The notes under the pieces are model-generated. The model searched no databases, was not told where the DNA came from, and saw only the letters and a list, made by a program, of their open reading frames with translations. This document shows, piece after piece, positions 48,170-57,694 of a stretch of DNA of 64,000 nucleotides (position 1 is its first letter; each line of letters begins with the position of its first letter). A program made the position numbers and the translations under genes. This DNA is from a virus. Lineage: Duplodnaviria > Caudoviricetes. The stretch lies in IMG/VR virus record IMGVR_UViG_3300035157_001069, positions 2,062-66,061 of that record. One strand, written 5' to 3'.

Positions 48170-49521
48170 TAATCGTCCGACCCCATAGCTCTTCTTAATA
48201 ATTCTAATCCCTGTCCCGTAACTGCGGTTAACGCTCCTGCTCCTAGTCCATAAGCCCCAACATTTCCAGCAATGACAGCTTGGTTCACTCTGTCAATCTT
48301 TTCTAAATCAGCCTTAGTAAGGTTGATCTGAGACTCTATTGACGCAAGATCTTCTACTGAAGCTTTACCTGCTTTCATCTTGCCGCGTGTTTTACTTAAC
48401 TCTTTATTTAGATCTTCAATCGTGTTTCTCATGGAAGCTGTTTTCTTCAGTCCATCTACTGCATTTAACCTAGCTCTTGCCCCTCTGCGTAATCCGTAAC
48501 TAGCTCCAGCTACACCAGCGATAGCGGGGAGTATACCTGTAGCTAAAGGAACAGATTTACCCATGAAATTCACTTCTGGTCCATGAATACCACGAACATT
48601 CGCTTTCAAGGCTCCTAGCAAATTAATCTTTCCATCGTCTAAAGGATTGAAATCACTCTTCTGATCAAACAAATATGCTTTATATCTTTGGTACTCGTCC
48701 TTAGAAACGTCAGGTCTTTCTTTTACGAATTCGTTATAAGGTAATAAACGTCCAGTACGTCCCAAGAAGTACCTACTAACAGCTTCTGCAACTGGAGAAT
48801 CGGACTTTCTAGGGTCAGATTCGCTCGGTAAAACAGCTTTGTAGCCTTTTGGTCGGCCAATATTACCAATTGAAGCAGAAAGAAGGGCAATGGTCGGCAT
48901 TGTTGCTGCTAATCGAAGGTTTCGACCACGCATCAAGCCGTATGGACCTTCTGGAATGACCCCTGCAAACTCTTTTCTGGTTCTTAACTCGTCTGTAGCA
49001 CTATGTAATCCCTGTAATTGAGATAATTGCATCAATGCTTGGGGTGCATTTAAAAACCACCAAATATTTCTAGCTCCATCACTCATTACATCACCAGCCA
49101 CTGCTCCAACTCCTTGAGCAGCACGTTTTTTCAGGGGTGCATTACTAGGTAGTACTTCTAAAGTCTTCTGAGCCAACTCAGGATCTGACGCTCTGGCCAT
49201 TCTCAAAGCCTCTTTCCGAGCCTGAGAGTAACCGCCTAAAGGTAAAGACTGAATATTTTTAGATGCTTCTCTCATCCACGCAGGACCTTTTTGAGCTCTA
49301 CGTAAGAAATCCTGTAAATATTGATTTTTAATATCTGAAACTTGACCAGGAGCAATCTGTCTTAACCAATCAACTAAATTTGATCTATTAAGCATGTCCT
49401 CAACAGGACTGGCCTGATAAGGAAGAGCTTGCTGCCTAGATTGCCAAGCATTAAACTCGCTGGGCTGCGACGTGAATGCTTGTAAAGCTTCTTTAGTTAT
49501 ATCTTTCTGGAATAAAGCCAT
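48169..49521 (-). CDS. Hypothetical protein; candidate internal virion protein
   Basis: 450 aa with Gly/Ala hydrophobic segments and a coiled coil. Confidence 0.65.
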   Translation of the reverse strand: MALFQKDITKEALQAFTSQPSEFNAWQSRQQALPYQASPVEDMLNRSNLVDWLRQIAPGQVSDIKNQYLQDFLRRAQKGPAWMREASKNIQSLPLGGYSQARKEALRMARASDPELAQKTLEVLPSNAPLKKRAAQGVGAVAGDVMSDGARNIWWFLNAPQALMQLSQLQGLHSATDELRTRKEFAGVIPEGPYGLMRGRNLRLAATMPTIALLSASIGNIGRPKGYKAVLPSESDPRKSDSPVAEAVSRYFLGRTGRLLPYNEFVKERPDVSKDEYQRYKAYLFDQKSDFNPLDDGKINLLGALKANVRGIHGPEVNFMGKSVPLATGILPAIAGVAGASYGLRRGARARLNAVDGLKKTASMRNTIEDLNKELSKTRGKMKAGKASVEDLASIESQINLTKADLEKIDRVNQAVIAGNVGAYGLGAGALTAVTGQGLELLRRAMGSDD

Positions 49522-50031
49522 CTAGACCAATCCCTGAGTTCTTGGCTGCAAGATAGTGAGCAACTCTAACAGTGCTTCGTCTTGCGTCTTAGGTTGTAAT
49601 CCTTGTAATGCTTGGGATTGTTCAGCTGCTTTTCTATACACTGCGCTTTCTTGAGGTCGTAAACCCATCGGACCAGCTGCCAGGTTACCTAGGCCGAATG
49701 CCATGTCTGTACCAGTGATTACACGTTGAGCATTCCGAGGATTCTGCATTTTTAAACCCCTGACGAGCAAGTTACCAGAACCAACACCTGCAACTGATAA
49801 GCCAGAGCCTATTAATGCATCTTCAAGAAAAACAGCTAAACGATCTCGAGTAGACGTTCCTGGAGGCAGGACAACACCAGCATTCATTGCCGCGTAGCCA
49901 AGTTCAGGTCCAAATCTATATGCAAGGTTGGCTAGCTGTTCTCCTCTTCCTAAAGAGGCTGGTCCAGCAAGCATTTCTCCTCCACTCTTTAACCATTTGC
50001 CTAGTTGACCGGCAAGACGTATTTTACTCAT
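49522..50031 (-). CDS. Hypothetical protein
   Basis: Begins MSKIRLAG. Confidence 0.65.
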   Translation of the reverse strand: MSKIRLAGQLGKWLKSGGEMLAGPASLGRGEQLANLAYRFGPELGYAAMNAGVVLPPGTSTRDRLAVFLEDALIGSGLSVAGVGSGNLLVRGLKMQNPRNAQRVITGTDMAFGLGNLAAGPMGLRPQESAVYRKAAEQSQALQGLQPKTQDEALLELLTILQPRTQGLV

Positions 50032-50342
50032 TGAACTGCTCCGGGAGGTGGTCCCATTAAGGCTTGAGGCGGTATTGGTCCACCCTCAGGGAAACCTCTA
50101 GCTAATTGATCCATAAATGCATAAGTTCTTTGCTGCATTTCAGGATCCTCTCTCAGCCTTACAGCGAAAGGACTATTGATTCCTAAGTTTCTTAAGTCGT
50201 ATCTTTCACCTGCAAATTTCTGAACAGCACCATTATCTGTTCCAAATAATACTGGTGTTTCTTCTGTGTCTCTTTTGTTTTGAGCAGCCTGCCCTAATTG
50301 CTTGGCTACCTCTCCTGGGTTTTTATAAAAATCTGCAGACAC
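50028..50342 (-). CDS. Hypothetical protein
   Basis: 104-aa ORF. Confidence 0.6.
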   Translation of the reverse strand: MSADFYKNPGEVAKQLGQAAQNKRDTEETPVLFGTDNGAVQKFAGERYDLRNLGINSPFAVRLREDPEMQQRTYAFMDQLARGFPEGGPIPPQALMGPPPGAVQ

Positions 50343-50377
50343 ACGAATACCGCACCTTATATCTACTATCTTAACGT

Positions 50378-51109
50378 CTACTTAGATGTAATGTTTTTAC
50401 TATATCGTTTCATCTCTTCTGCAGAGAATGGAACTTCATAGCTGAAAGGTTTATTAGTACCTAAAGCTTGTGCTCCTCTATATAACAATGCAGCGGGCCA
50501 TCCGCCTTCGTTCAAATCATATACATTCATAAAAGTATCAGTTGAGTCGGGAGTAACAGTCCAAAGATCCTTTAAGACGTAACCACCGTCACCTGTTGGT
50601 TCAAAGCTATCTATGTCACCTACTTGGTAAGTCAGGCGTGGGTCTGACTCATAATCCCCAAGTGGCCTAGCCTGAGTGTAAGTGTTAAGTCTGGTCGAAT
50701 CAGGTTTGACAGTTGATGGGTGTAGTGTAAATTTTTCCATCCGTTCGTTTACACCCATATCACTGGTCCAATATGTTTCTTTATTCGCATATTTATTCTC
50801 TCCAGTTTTAGAATCCATCACATGTCCATCACCTCGCCACGCCCACAATTCATTATGTCTATCTAAGTAATTATCGTTGTTATGTGCTTCTACAACTTTT
50901 TGCTTTAACTCTGATGGCAATTCTCTTATAACATCTCCTTCAACACCACCTGTCAGGTACTGGATAAATCTTTTAGCATGAGGAGCTTCGTTATTGAAGT
51001 AGTCATTATCCAACAATCGATCCCTCACAGCCATTGTTTCAGGGCTAGTGATTTTATTAGCTAGCCACTCTTTAGCTCTGAGTCGTGCTTGATCAAAAGG
51101 ATTAGGCAT
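50378..51109 (-). CDS. Hypothetical protein
   Basis: 243-aa ORF. Confidence 0.65.
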   Translation of the reverse strand: MPNPFDQARLRAKEWLANKITSPETMAVRDRLLDNDYFNNEAPHAKRFIQYLTGGVEGDVIRELPSELKQKVVEAHNNDNYLDRHNELWAWRGDGHVMDSKTGENKYANKETYWTSDMGVNERMEKFTLHPSTVKPDSTRLNTYTQARPLGDYESDPRLTYQVGDIDSFEPTGDGGYVLKDLWTVTPDSTDTFMNVYDLNEGGWPAALLYRGAQALGTNKPFSYEVPFSAEEMKRYSKNITSK

Positions 51110-51191
51110 TACTTCTTCGCTTTATATGCAATGACTAGTTTCCGTGCTTTTTCATGAGCGCAATTATTGCACCCGCAAGAACCACCACAAC

Positions 51192-51407
51192 TCATTCTTG
51201 TACCTCAAATACTTGTGTAACCGACTGCTTCAATACATATTTATGTAGAAGCCATGTATTCATATTAAACACTAATGTAGAGAGAATAATTACGCCTACA
51301 GGTGTGATAGGCGTGTCTTCCAATAAGGCTCCTAGTAAAGCGAAACCTTGCTTCGTATGCAATTCCATTTCGTCAGGTGTAATTTGAACTCGCACCTTTT
51401 TTCTCAT
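51192..51407 (-). CDS. Hypothetical protein
   Basis: Coupled to the upstream gene (TAATG). Confidence 0.45.
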   Translation of the reverse strand: MRKKVRVQITPDEMELHTKQGFALLGALLEDTPITPVGVIILSTLVFNMNTWLLHKYVLKQSVTQVFEVQE

Positions 51408-53602
51408 TAGCGCCTGAAGCGATTTGTATTAATAGGAGAATTAGTTAAGTTATAACCTGTGCTTGCTATACCTGGTTGAGGAGTGTTAGATGCAGCAGCT
51501 TTTATACTATTAGCTTCTGTTCTTAGTCTCTGCATTTCCTCGCCAAATTCTGAAACCAAACGTGCTCTTTCTTGTTCTTGCAACAATAAGCTACGATCTC
51601 CTGGGTCTATATTTCTTCCTCCAGTAAGAGCATTGATCACTTCGTTCAAAGGTCTGTCCAAATCACGAGGTAATTTTCCAGTGCTTGATCCTAAAAGCTT
51701 TGATTGTAAAGGTAATAATGTTTTGTCTCTCATAGTATTAGCATCATTTGCTATAGGAATCATTCCGTACTGTGATGCAAATAATTCGTTAATAGCATCG
51801 TAATAAGCCGGAGTAAATCGATTATTTCTACCGACACGATAAGTTACATAGTCAACCCCATCGGCTCCTGTAGTTGGAGACGCTGGCCAATATCTACCAT
51901 CAGGACCTAGTTCCTGTAAAGGATATAAAGCAATTCTTTTGCCATCAGGCGTTTTGGTCACGTAAGGAGTGTTTTGACTTAGGCCATAAGCTTTAAGAGC
52001 ATTATTTATTTCAGCAGCACTATATTGGCTGCCGTAACCACGCAAAGCATTTATATCTGTGACTGCCGGATCACCTACTGCAAAAGTAACTAAAGGTGTT
52101 CTATTTTCTTGTTCTAATGTATTTAGAGCTTGAGCGATTGTCATAGATCTATCTATTTTTTTCTGAGTCGTTAGTCCTTTCTGATTCCTTACGGTATCTG
52201 CAATCATACCCCTTTCATCTCTTCCTAACGCTTCTCTGCGTCTCATGTCATTAGATAAATTACTGGTATCTAAGCGACCTACATCACCCTCGTTTTCTAT
52301 TAATAAACCTAACCTTGCAGCAATAGCAGAATTTACGGGTTCTGTAGGATCAATCATTCTGACCGTTACTTGAGTAGGATCAATTTTGCGATTACGTCCT
52401 TCAAAGTAAACAGGAGCATTGTATTTGGTTGTTGGCTTCCCTGTTCTTTTGTCTTTATATGTATTCTTATTAGCACTAGCCATTAAAACGGGAACGGCAT
52501 AAGCTTCAGTTCGTTGTCTCTTTGGCAATCCAACTTTTGCCTGCCGAGACTTGCCAACAACCGTTTCTCCACCGGGAGATGCTACTCGACCTTGGTCATC
52601 TACTAAGGCAACAGCATCAGGCGCTACTTCTTGGAACTGTTTATCTGGATCCATCTGCTCACGCCTGAGGAAGTTAGCTAAATTGCTTAAATCTTTGCTC
52701 TTTTGTTCTGAAGCAGGTACGTTTTGTCCTTGAATATTCGCAGATTCACTCCCTGTATCCAAAGATCCTGTTTTTAAAGCGATTCTTAACGCATTTGTAG
52801 CAGGATCGGGTCCTAATTCGCCTGATTGTCGCTGTGCATTGGCGCTGGCAGACGAAATCCGATTGCTACTACGCGATTCCACCGCTAATTCGTAAGCTTG
52901 AGCAGTGTCTAGGTTCAATCCACCCGCCAAACGCACTGTTTCAGCAGCTAATTCAGGCCCTATTTCTCCAACTCGCTTGTTTAAATCAAATGCAACACGC
53001 TGCATTGCCTCTGTAGGTTGCATTGAACGTGGCAACATTCCATTATCCCCTTGCACAGTAGTCCTAGGAGCCCCTTGTTGAACTACATACAGACCTGTAT
53101 CAGGTGCATTTAATATGGTTTTTGGATTTTCTTGGATAACAAGGTTACTAACTGTCTTTCCAGAGTCATCATCACCGATATAATCAACTTTTGTGCCAAA
53201 ACCTTTGATTGGTAATTGAGTTGCACCAACTTTTTTGGGGACGACTTCAGTCGATTCATCATATTTATTTTGCAATCTTGTATCTTTAGCAGATAAAGAA
53301 GCAAGGGCATTGCGTCTCGCGTCGACTTTATATCCTCGCTTGTCTGCGCGTGTTTGAGGTCTATTAGTTGTAGCTGCTTTCCACTGCTGAGAAGTTATTT
53401 TCTTCTCCGAAGTATCACCATCCGCTAAATCAGCAAAGACTTCTTGTTCTAACTGCTTATCTCGCTCCTTCTGTGTAAGAAAATCATTAAGCTCCTCCTT
53501 AGTTGAGAACCAACGCATAGGCTTTGGCGTGCCTCTCCTGTTGTCATTAGTGTCATCGTTCCACAGACGAAACTGCCCAACGCCACCTAAGCCTGAAGCC
53601 AT
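51407..53602 (-). CDS. Large hypothetical protein, possibly internal virion
   Basis: 731-aa ORF. Confidence 0.7.
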   Translation of the reverse strand: MASGLGGVGQFRLWNDDTNDNRRGTPKPMRWFSTKEELNDFLTQKERDKQLEQEVFADLADGDTSEKKITSQQWKAATTNRPQTRADKRGYKVDARRNALASLSAKDTRLQNKYDESTEVVPKKVGATQLPIKGFGTKVDYIGDDDSGKTVSNLVIQENPKTILNAPDTGLYVVQQGAPRTTVQGDNGMLPRSMQPTEAMQRVAFDLNKRVGEIGPELAAETVRLAGGLNLDTAQAYELAVESRSSNRISSASANAQRQSGELGPDPATNALRIALKTGSLDTGSESANIQGQNVPASEQKSKDLSNLANFLRREQMDPDKQFQEVAPDAVALVDDQGRVASPGGETVVGKSRQAKVGLPKRQRTEAYAVPVLMASANKNTYKDKRTGKPTTKYNAPVYFEGRNRKIDPTQVTVRMIDPTEPVNSAIAARLGLLIENEGDVGRLDTSNLSNDMRRREALGRDERGMIADTVRNQKGLTTQKKIDRSMTIAQALNTLEQENRTPLVTFAVGDPAVTDINALRGYGSQYSAAEINNALKAYGLSQNTPYVTKTPDGKRIALYPLQELGPDGRYWPASPTTGADGVDYVTYRVGRNNRFTPAYYDAINELFASQYGMIPIANDANTMRDKTLLPLQSKLLGSSTGKLPRDLDRPLNEVINALTGGRNIDPGDRSLLLQEQERARLVSEFGEEMQRLRTEANSIKAAASNTPQPGIASTGYNLTNSPINTNRFRR

Positions 53603-53635
53603 TACTACTTTTCCGAGACTATATCTATAACAATT

Positions 53636-54061
53636 CTATCTGTTTGCTACGTACATCTTATTTTGCTCTTCAAGCCCTTGCAGTGCAACGCTAACCGCAT
53701 CTTCAGGACTTAGTCGAATAGGCATGTTATTGGCAGAAGGCTTATTTGTTTGGAATCCAACTGTGACTTGACCTGTACCAGGTATGCCAGGTATATCTGC
53801 CTGTGCATCTACAAACCATGGTTTATCTTCGGGACTATAAGAAAAGGATCCTCTTCTATCGATTCTTAATCCGGGAGCTATTTGACCTTTAAGCAGTAAA
53901 TCGCGCACTCTGTTGACATCTTCATCTTTAGTATCAACCGCCCCAGCCAAGCGAAGAGTGTAGTCTTTCATCGCCAATTCTGGGTCAGTAAAGCTCATAT
54001 CCATCAAATTTGGATCGACCTGCATCGCCCCTTGTTGGAAATGCTCTTTAAATAAATCCAC
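53636..54061 (-). CDS. Hypothetical protein
   Basis: 141-aa ORF; first gene of the minus-strand block. Confidence 0.6.
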   Translation of the reverse strand: MDLFKEHFQQGAMQVDPNLMDMSFTDPELAMKDYTLRLAGAVDTKDEDVNRVRDLLLKGQIAPGLRIDRRGSFSYSPEDKPWFVDAQADIPGIPGTGQVTVGFQTNKPSANNMPIRLSPEDAVSVALQGLEEQNKMYVANR

Positions 54062-54737
54062 AATTTATATCTATGGGAATATACCTAGTTTAGACGCCTC
54101 GCCCCGCGTGGAATAGGGTGTAAAATTTTTTAAGAAATTTTTAGGGCGCATTTGTCCTGATGAATCATTTATTCCCTATATAGACGCCTCGTGGAAAAAA
54201 TCTGATTTTTGTTGCGCCGCGCCCTATACATTAAACACCCACCCGCAGCCGCGATACCTTTCAAACAAAAAAAAGATACGGCACAAAGCATACGCAATGC
54301 ATTCAAATGTTAATGAAGCACTGACGTATGTTAGTTAATTGTTAACAACCGCATTCTTTTTTGCGCGCTCATGCATACATATGCGCAGTCAATTGTCACT
54401 TATGAAATTTCTATGGAAGCTTTCCTATGTTTCGCTTTAGCAATGCACTTGTTCCTCCTTAGCTTCTGTGGATGCAACAGTTATCCAGTGCGTATGCGCA
54501 TGCATAGCGCGTTTTTCCCGAGGCTCTCGCTTGCTCTGCGCGGTGTGCCAAACCAATTGACATATACTGTTCCCTCCCCACGCTCACGCTTCGCGCTCGC
54601 TCCGTAACTGTGCAAAAGCTTCCTATATTTCCCCACTATGTATTATTAATACCCTATGACTACGCTTAGTAGTTAATCCATCCCTTATAGCTACTTTAGT
54701 CTCAAACGTCTACCTTTGATGTTAATCGTATGTTAGT
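54062..54737. other. Non-coding strand-switch region; candidate genome end, pac site or origin
   Basis: Direct repeat TAGACGCCTCG at 54091 and 54181, A/T tracts, TGCGCA/ATGCAT palindromes and CGCTCGC runs. Confidence 0.5.
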
Positions 54738-54757
54738 TGTCCTCAAACAACAGTGCA
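54738..54757 (+). promoter_or_regulatory. Early-region 20-bp motif, copy 1
   Basis: TGTCCT-CAAACAAC-AGTGCA; ATG 4 nt downstream. Confidence 0.75.
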
Positions 54758-54761
54758 ACTT

Positions 54762-55001
54762 ATGACTACGCTTGTTTCTCCTGCAATTACCAAGACATCA
54801 TACATTCACTTCTTCGATGGTACGTTGTATGAATTCCATGTTAATTGCGCTTGTCGTCAAGCAAGGATAACTAAGTGGACCAAATCAAGAGGCAGGAAAG
54901 GCAGCCAATGCACATCAGTCAGCCTGCAGTCAGCCAAGGCTATCTATGCCAAGCTCAAAAAGCAGGCGCAGTTGGTAGGTTACTTTCCTATCTCTTCTTA
55001 G
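54762..55001 (+). CDS. Small early protein
   Basis: ATG directly after motif copy 1. Confidence 0.6.
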   Translation: MTTLVSPAITKTSYIHFFDGTLYEFHVNCACRQARITKWTKSRGRKGSQCTSVSLQSAKAIYAKLKKQAQLVGYFPISS

Positions 55002-55006
55002 TCACC

Positions 55007-55048
55007 AAGCCCTTCGGGGCTTTTTTACTGTCCTCAACTAACAGTGCA
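55007..55048 (+). promoter_or_regulatory. Terminator hairpin plus motif copy 2
   Basis: AAGCCC-TTCG-GGGCTT, T-run, then TGTCCT-CAACTAAC-AGTGCA (55029-55048). Confidence 0.8.
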
Positions 55049-55049
55049 A

Positions 55050-55232
55050 ATGAAGTACTACCTCGACATAGGCGGTTTACCAATGGCAACTTCTACTTCT
55101 TTGGGTTACTTAAGAAGTATGAAGAAGAGGCTTGAAAAGTTTATTGGGCAGCCTGGGCTCATCAAGAAGATGAATGGTCAGCCTGTCGCAGAAGTCGCTT
55201 ACATCCCTTTGGATGATGACTGTCCTTTCTAG
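55050..55232 (+). CDS. Small early protein
   Basis: ATG 1 nt after the motif. Confidence 0.6.
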   Translation: MKYYLDIGGLPMATSTSLGYLRSMKKRLEKFIGQPGLIKKMNGQPVAEVAYIPLDDDCPF

Positions 55233-55237
55233 GATTT

Positions 55238-55279
55238 AACCCCTTCGGGGGTTTTTTACTGTACCTATCTAACAGTGCA
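55238..55279 (+). promoter_or_regulatory. Terminator hairpin plus motif copy 3
   Basis: AACCCC-TTCG-GGGGTT, T-run, then TGTACC-TATCTAAC-AGTGCA (55260-55279). Confidence 0.8.
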
Positions 55280-55280
55280 A

Positions 55281-55436
55281 ATGAATTCTATCTTCGATGG
55301 TCTAGTCTGGTTTGCTATGAATCATACTCGCAAGTATCTGCTTGCTTGTGTGATACTTGGCACGCTAATCAGATGGTTCTGGGTCGGCCAATCAGTCAGC
55401 CGATTCTGGAATCCACTAGCCCCAGTATTCATGTAA
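55281..55436 (+). CDS. 51-aa hydrophobic early protein, absent from the ORF track
   Basis: MNSIFDGLVWFAMNHTRKYLLACVILGTLIRWFWVGQSVSRFWNPLAPVFM; fills the space between motif 3 and the next hairpin. Confidence 0.6.
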   Translation: MNSIFDGLVWFAMNHTRKYLLACVILGTLIRWFWVGQSVSRFWNPLAPVFM

Positions 55437-55441
55437 AGCCC

Positions 55442-55500
55442 AATACCCCTGCTCAGTTTTATGGGTAGGGGTTATTTACTTGCCCTCATATAACAGTGCA
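55442..55500 (+). promoter_or_regulatory. Hairpin plus motif copy 4
   Basis: CCCCTGCTCA/TGGGTAGGGG stem with G-U pairs, then TGCCCT-CATATAAC-AGTGCA (55481-55500). Confidence 0.8.
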
Positions 55501-55503
55501 ATT

Positions 55504-55671
55504 ATGAGTTTGTATCATGTTTTAATTGACAAATCTCCTGTCTACTCCACAAGGGATTTCTATGCAGCCTGGGTGGAATACGGTACTTTAGAATCCATCT
55601 TCAGAGACGAAGAGCATCGCATTGACTTCGTTTCCATAGAGGGGTCAAAAGCCTATATCAGGAAGCACTAA
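55504..55671 (+). CDS. Small early protein
   Basis: ATG 3 nt after the motif. Confidence 0.6.
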   Translation: MSLYHVLIDKSPVYSTRDFYAAWVEYGTLESIFRDEEHRIDFVSIEGSKAYIRKH

Positions 55672-55700
55672 TAATACATCAGTACTACCCCGTCTATCCC

Positions 55701-55771
55701 AATCCCCCTATCCTCGGTCGGCCTATTACGGGTCGGGCGGGGATTTTTATTTGCACTCATATAACAGTGCA
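55701..55771 (+). promoter_or_regulatory. Hairpin plus motif copy 5
   Basis: AATCCCC..GGGGATT stem, T-run, then TGCACT-CATATAAC-AGTGCA (55752-55771), which has perfect dyad arms. Confidence 0.8.
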
Positions 55772-55795
55772 TTGTTGTTTATTTCTACCCTCAAC

Positions 55796-56248
55796 ATGGC
55801 TTCAACAAAATCAGCAGCTGCAACTGCAACCAAGGTGACCACAAAGGCTCCTCAAAAGGAACTACCTTTGACCACCAAAGTTGTAGCTAAGCCAACCGAA
55901 GAGAAGAAGGAAGTTTTCTTCAATCTTCAAGGCCGCATCTGGACTCCAGAGCTACTTGAGAACATCAAGGTTGGCAAAAACCAAGCTGGTAACAAGAAGA
56001 TCAGTTTCTCTGCTTCACTATCTCGTTATGACGATAGAGCAGGGAAATACATCAGCGGTAAGCTTATCAATTTCATAGCTACTGACAACGGCTATGGCAA
56101 TCTAGCTACCGCGATATTAGATGCCCATGGTAAGAACGAGAGATTGATTGAGATGAAAGCTCAATTCAATGCTTGGGAGTACCAAGGCAGCTACTACGAG
56201 AACTATCAAATTGTAGAGTTCTCTGTTATTGAAAGACCTCAACAGTAA
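55796..56248 (+). CDS. Possible OB-fold single-stranded DNA-binding protein
   Basis: FNLQGRI..ISFSASL..FIA..LA..I.M.AQF strand pattern resembling SSB. Confidence 0.45.
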   Translation: MASTKSAAATATKVTTKAPQKELPLTTKVVAKPTEEKKEVFFNLQGRIWTPELLENIKVGKNQAGNKKISFSASLSRYDDRAGKYISGKLINFIATDNGYGNLATAILDAHGKNERLIEMKAQFNAWEYQGSYYENYQIVEFSVIERPQQ

Positions 56249-56256
56249 CAATCCCT

Positions 56257-56317
56257 ATACCCCATCTAGCAATCCAATGCTGGGTGGGGTATTTTAATGT
56301 CCTTATACAACGATGCA
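56257..56317 (+). promoter_or_regulatory. Hairpin plus motif copy 6 (variant)
   Basis: ATACCCCATCTAGCA/TGCTGGGTGGGGTAT stem, then TGTCCT-TATACAAC-GATGCA (56298-56317). Confidence 0.7.
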
Positions 56318-56321
56318 TCTC

Positions 56322-56660
56322 ATGCTATCTAAGTACGACCAAGAACCTCCTCGCCATCAAGATACATCTATATATATAGGTGGATTGACAGCCGAAGAAT
56401 CCCTTGAATTATTGAATATTATGCATCTTTCTTCTTCTCGCAAGTTAGATAGATTGCATCACGCTCTTTGTAAAGGTATTGAGCTTCATGTTTTCGGTGT
56501 CGAGAACAAGCTCTCCAAACAAGATCAACAATTGAAGGGATACGCTGAAGCTGCAGCAAGGAACGAGGCGATAGCCGACGAAAAGGCCGAAAAACTTAAG
56601 GATTTCGCCAGAGGCGCAACTGAATACTCAACTCTCAATGAGGACACCGAAAATGAGTGA
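56322..56660 (+). CDS. Hypothetical protein
   Basis: ORF directly after motif 6. Confidence 0.6.
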   Translation: MLSKYDQEPPRHQDTSIYIGGLTAEESLELLNIMHLSSSRKLDRLHHALCKGIELHVFGVENKLSKQDQQLKGYAEAAARNEAIADEKAEKLKDFARGATEYSTLNEDTENE

Positions 56661-56829
56661 CCGACGTGGATTCGAAGGTCTTCCTAAGAAGATCAACCCT
56701 GATAAGACTGAATGGATAGGCACTCACCTAACTACCAGTCTTTACGAGAAAGAAGAGATTCCAGATCTCAAAGGATACGCAGCCGATCAACTCCTGTTCG
56801 ACGATACCCTTGACGAGTCTCACATATGA
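56653..56829 (+). CDS. Hypothetical protein
   Basis: Coupled small ORF (MSDRR). Confidence 0.5.
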   Translation: MSDRRGFEGLPKKINPDKTEWIGTHLTTSLYEKEEIPDLKGYAADQLLFDDTLDESHI

Positions 56830-57209
56830 CTAAGACACCTGCAACTGATAGCTATATTTCCTGCCGTGCTTATATCGGAAGGAAGGCTATCGAAGTTCAG
56901 CCGGTTCCACCATGCGAAGTCCATAGCGAGTATGAAATGCAAACTCATTATCGGATTGTTGATGTTGTTATCGACAAGCAAGGTAATGCTGCATTTGAAT
57001 TACATCGCATCGACCACGAATGCGTTAACACTGTTCCAGAATTCTGTGAATCTGAACATCTTCTCGCATCAATAGCATGGACTAAGCCCGCGCTATGTCT
57101 AGAGTGGCCGTCACGTTTCTCAGTTCCTGTGGAGGATGCTTTAGCTCCTCCTTTGGAAGAGAGTAACGAGAAGTATTGGACAAGCCCTTATTGGCGAATA
57201 TTCAGATAA
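56826..57209 (+). CDS. Hypothetical protein
   Basis: 127 aa; ATGA coupling with the previous gene. Confidence 0.6.
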   Translation: MTKTPATDSYISCRAYIGRKAIEVQPVPPCEVHSEYEMQTHYRIVDVVIDKQGNAAFELHRIDHECVNTVPEFCESEHLLASIAWTKPALCLEWPSRFSVPVEDALAPPLEESNEKYWTSPYWRIFR

Positions 57210-57214
57210 CAATT

Positions 57215-57261
57215 ACCCCGCCGTTAGGTGGGGTTTTTTATTGGCCGTAACCAACAGTTTC
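57215..57261 (+). promoter_or_regulatory. Terminator hairpin plus motif copy 7 (variant)
   Basis: ACCCCGCC/GGTGGGGT stem, T-run, then TGGCCG-TAACCAAC-AGTTTC (57242-57261). Confidence 0.6.
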
Positions 57262-57277
57262 AACCGGCCTACACATT

Positions 57278-57694
57278 ATGGATCCCGATACCATCCCATT
57301 CGATTGGGACAAAGAGAAAGAACTCCCAGCAGAAGTTTACGACTATGACTACACAGATGAATCCAACCTCTCTATCTTATATACAGACATTACAGATTTG
57401 ATTTTGACAGTCATTTCTAAGTTTGCATACCTGATTGGATTCGTTAAGAACACCTTGGCTGCCACGTTCGATGGCATCCTCCCGTTCGTTATAGGCATAT
57501 CTGTCAAGATTCTGTACAAACTTCACAAAAAAGATTTTCTACTCAACACAGCCAAGAAACTAGATTCGATCAACCCAAGGAGAACCATTATTTGGTACGA
57601 CAAAAACGGGCGTGGTCACGGTTTAGATGGACGTGTTGTTAAAGGTTCTTCTAAGAGAACCCAGTCCCCCACTAAAGTTCAGCCTGCTCCATGA
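57278..57694 (+). CDS. Hypothetical membrane protein
   Basis: Acidic N-terminus, hydrophobic middle, basic end. Confidence 0.6.
   Translation: MDPDTIPFDWDKEKELPAEVYDYDYTDESNLSILYTDITDLILTVISKFAYLIGFVKNTLAATFDGILPFVIGISVKILYKLHKKDFLLNTAKKLDSINPRRTIIWYDKNGRGHGLDGRVVKGSSKRTQSPTKVQPAP

Noticed and set aside
49557-49576. Partial AACAGTGC matches at about 49568 and 20368
   Set aside because: They lie inside minus-strand genes and lack the left arm, hairpin and T-run, so they are probably chance matches.
54371-54607. 78-aa ORF in the strand-switch region
   Set aside because: It overlaps palindromic low-complexity DNA and has no ribosome-binding site or motif, so it is likely spurious.
54738-55771. 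CRISPR array interpretation of the repeated motif
   Set aside because: The repeats are degenerate, the intervals exceed 200 bp and contain ORFs, and no cas genes are present.
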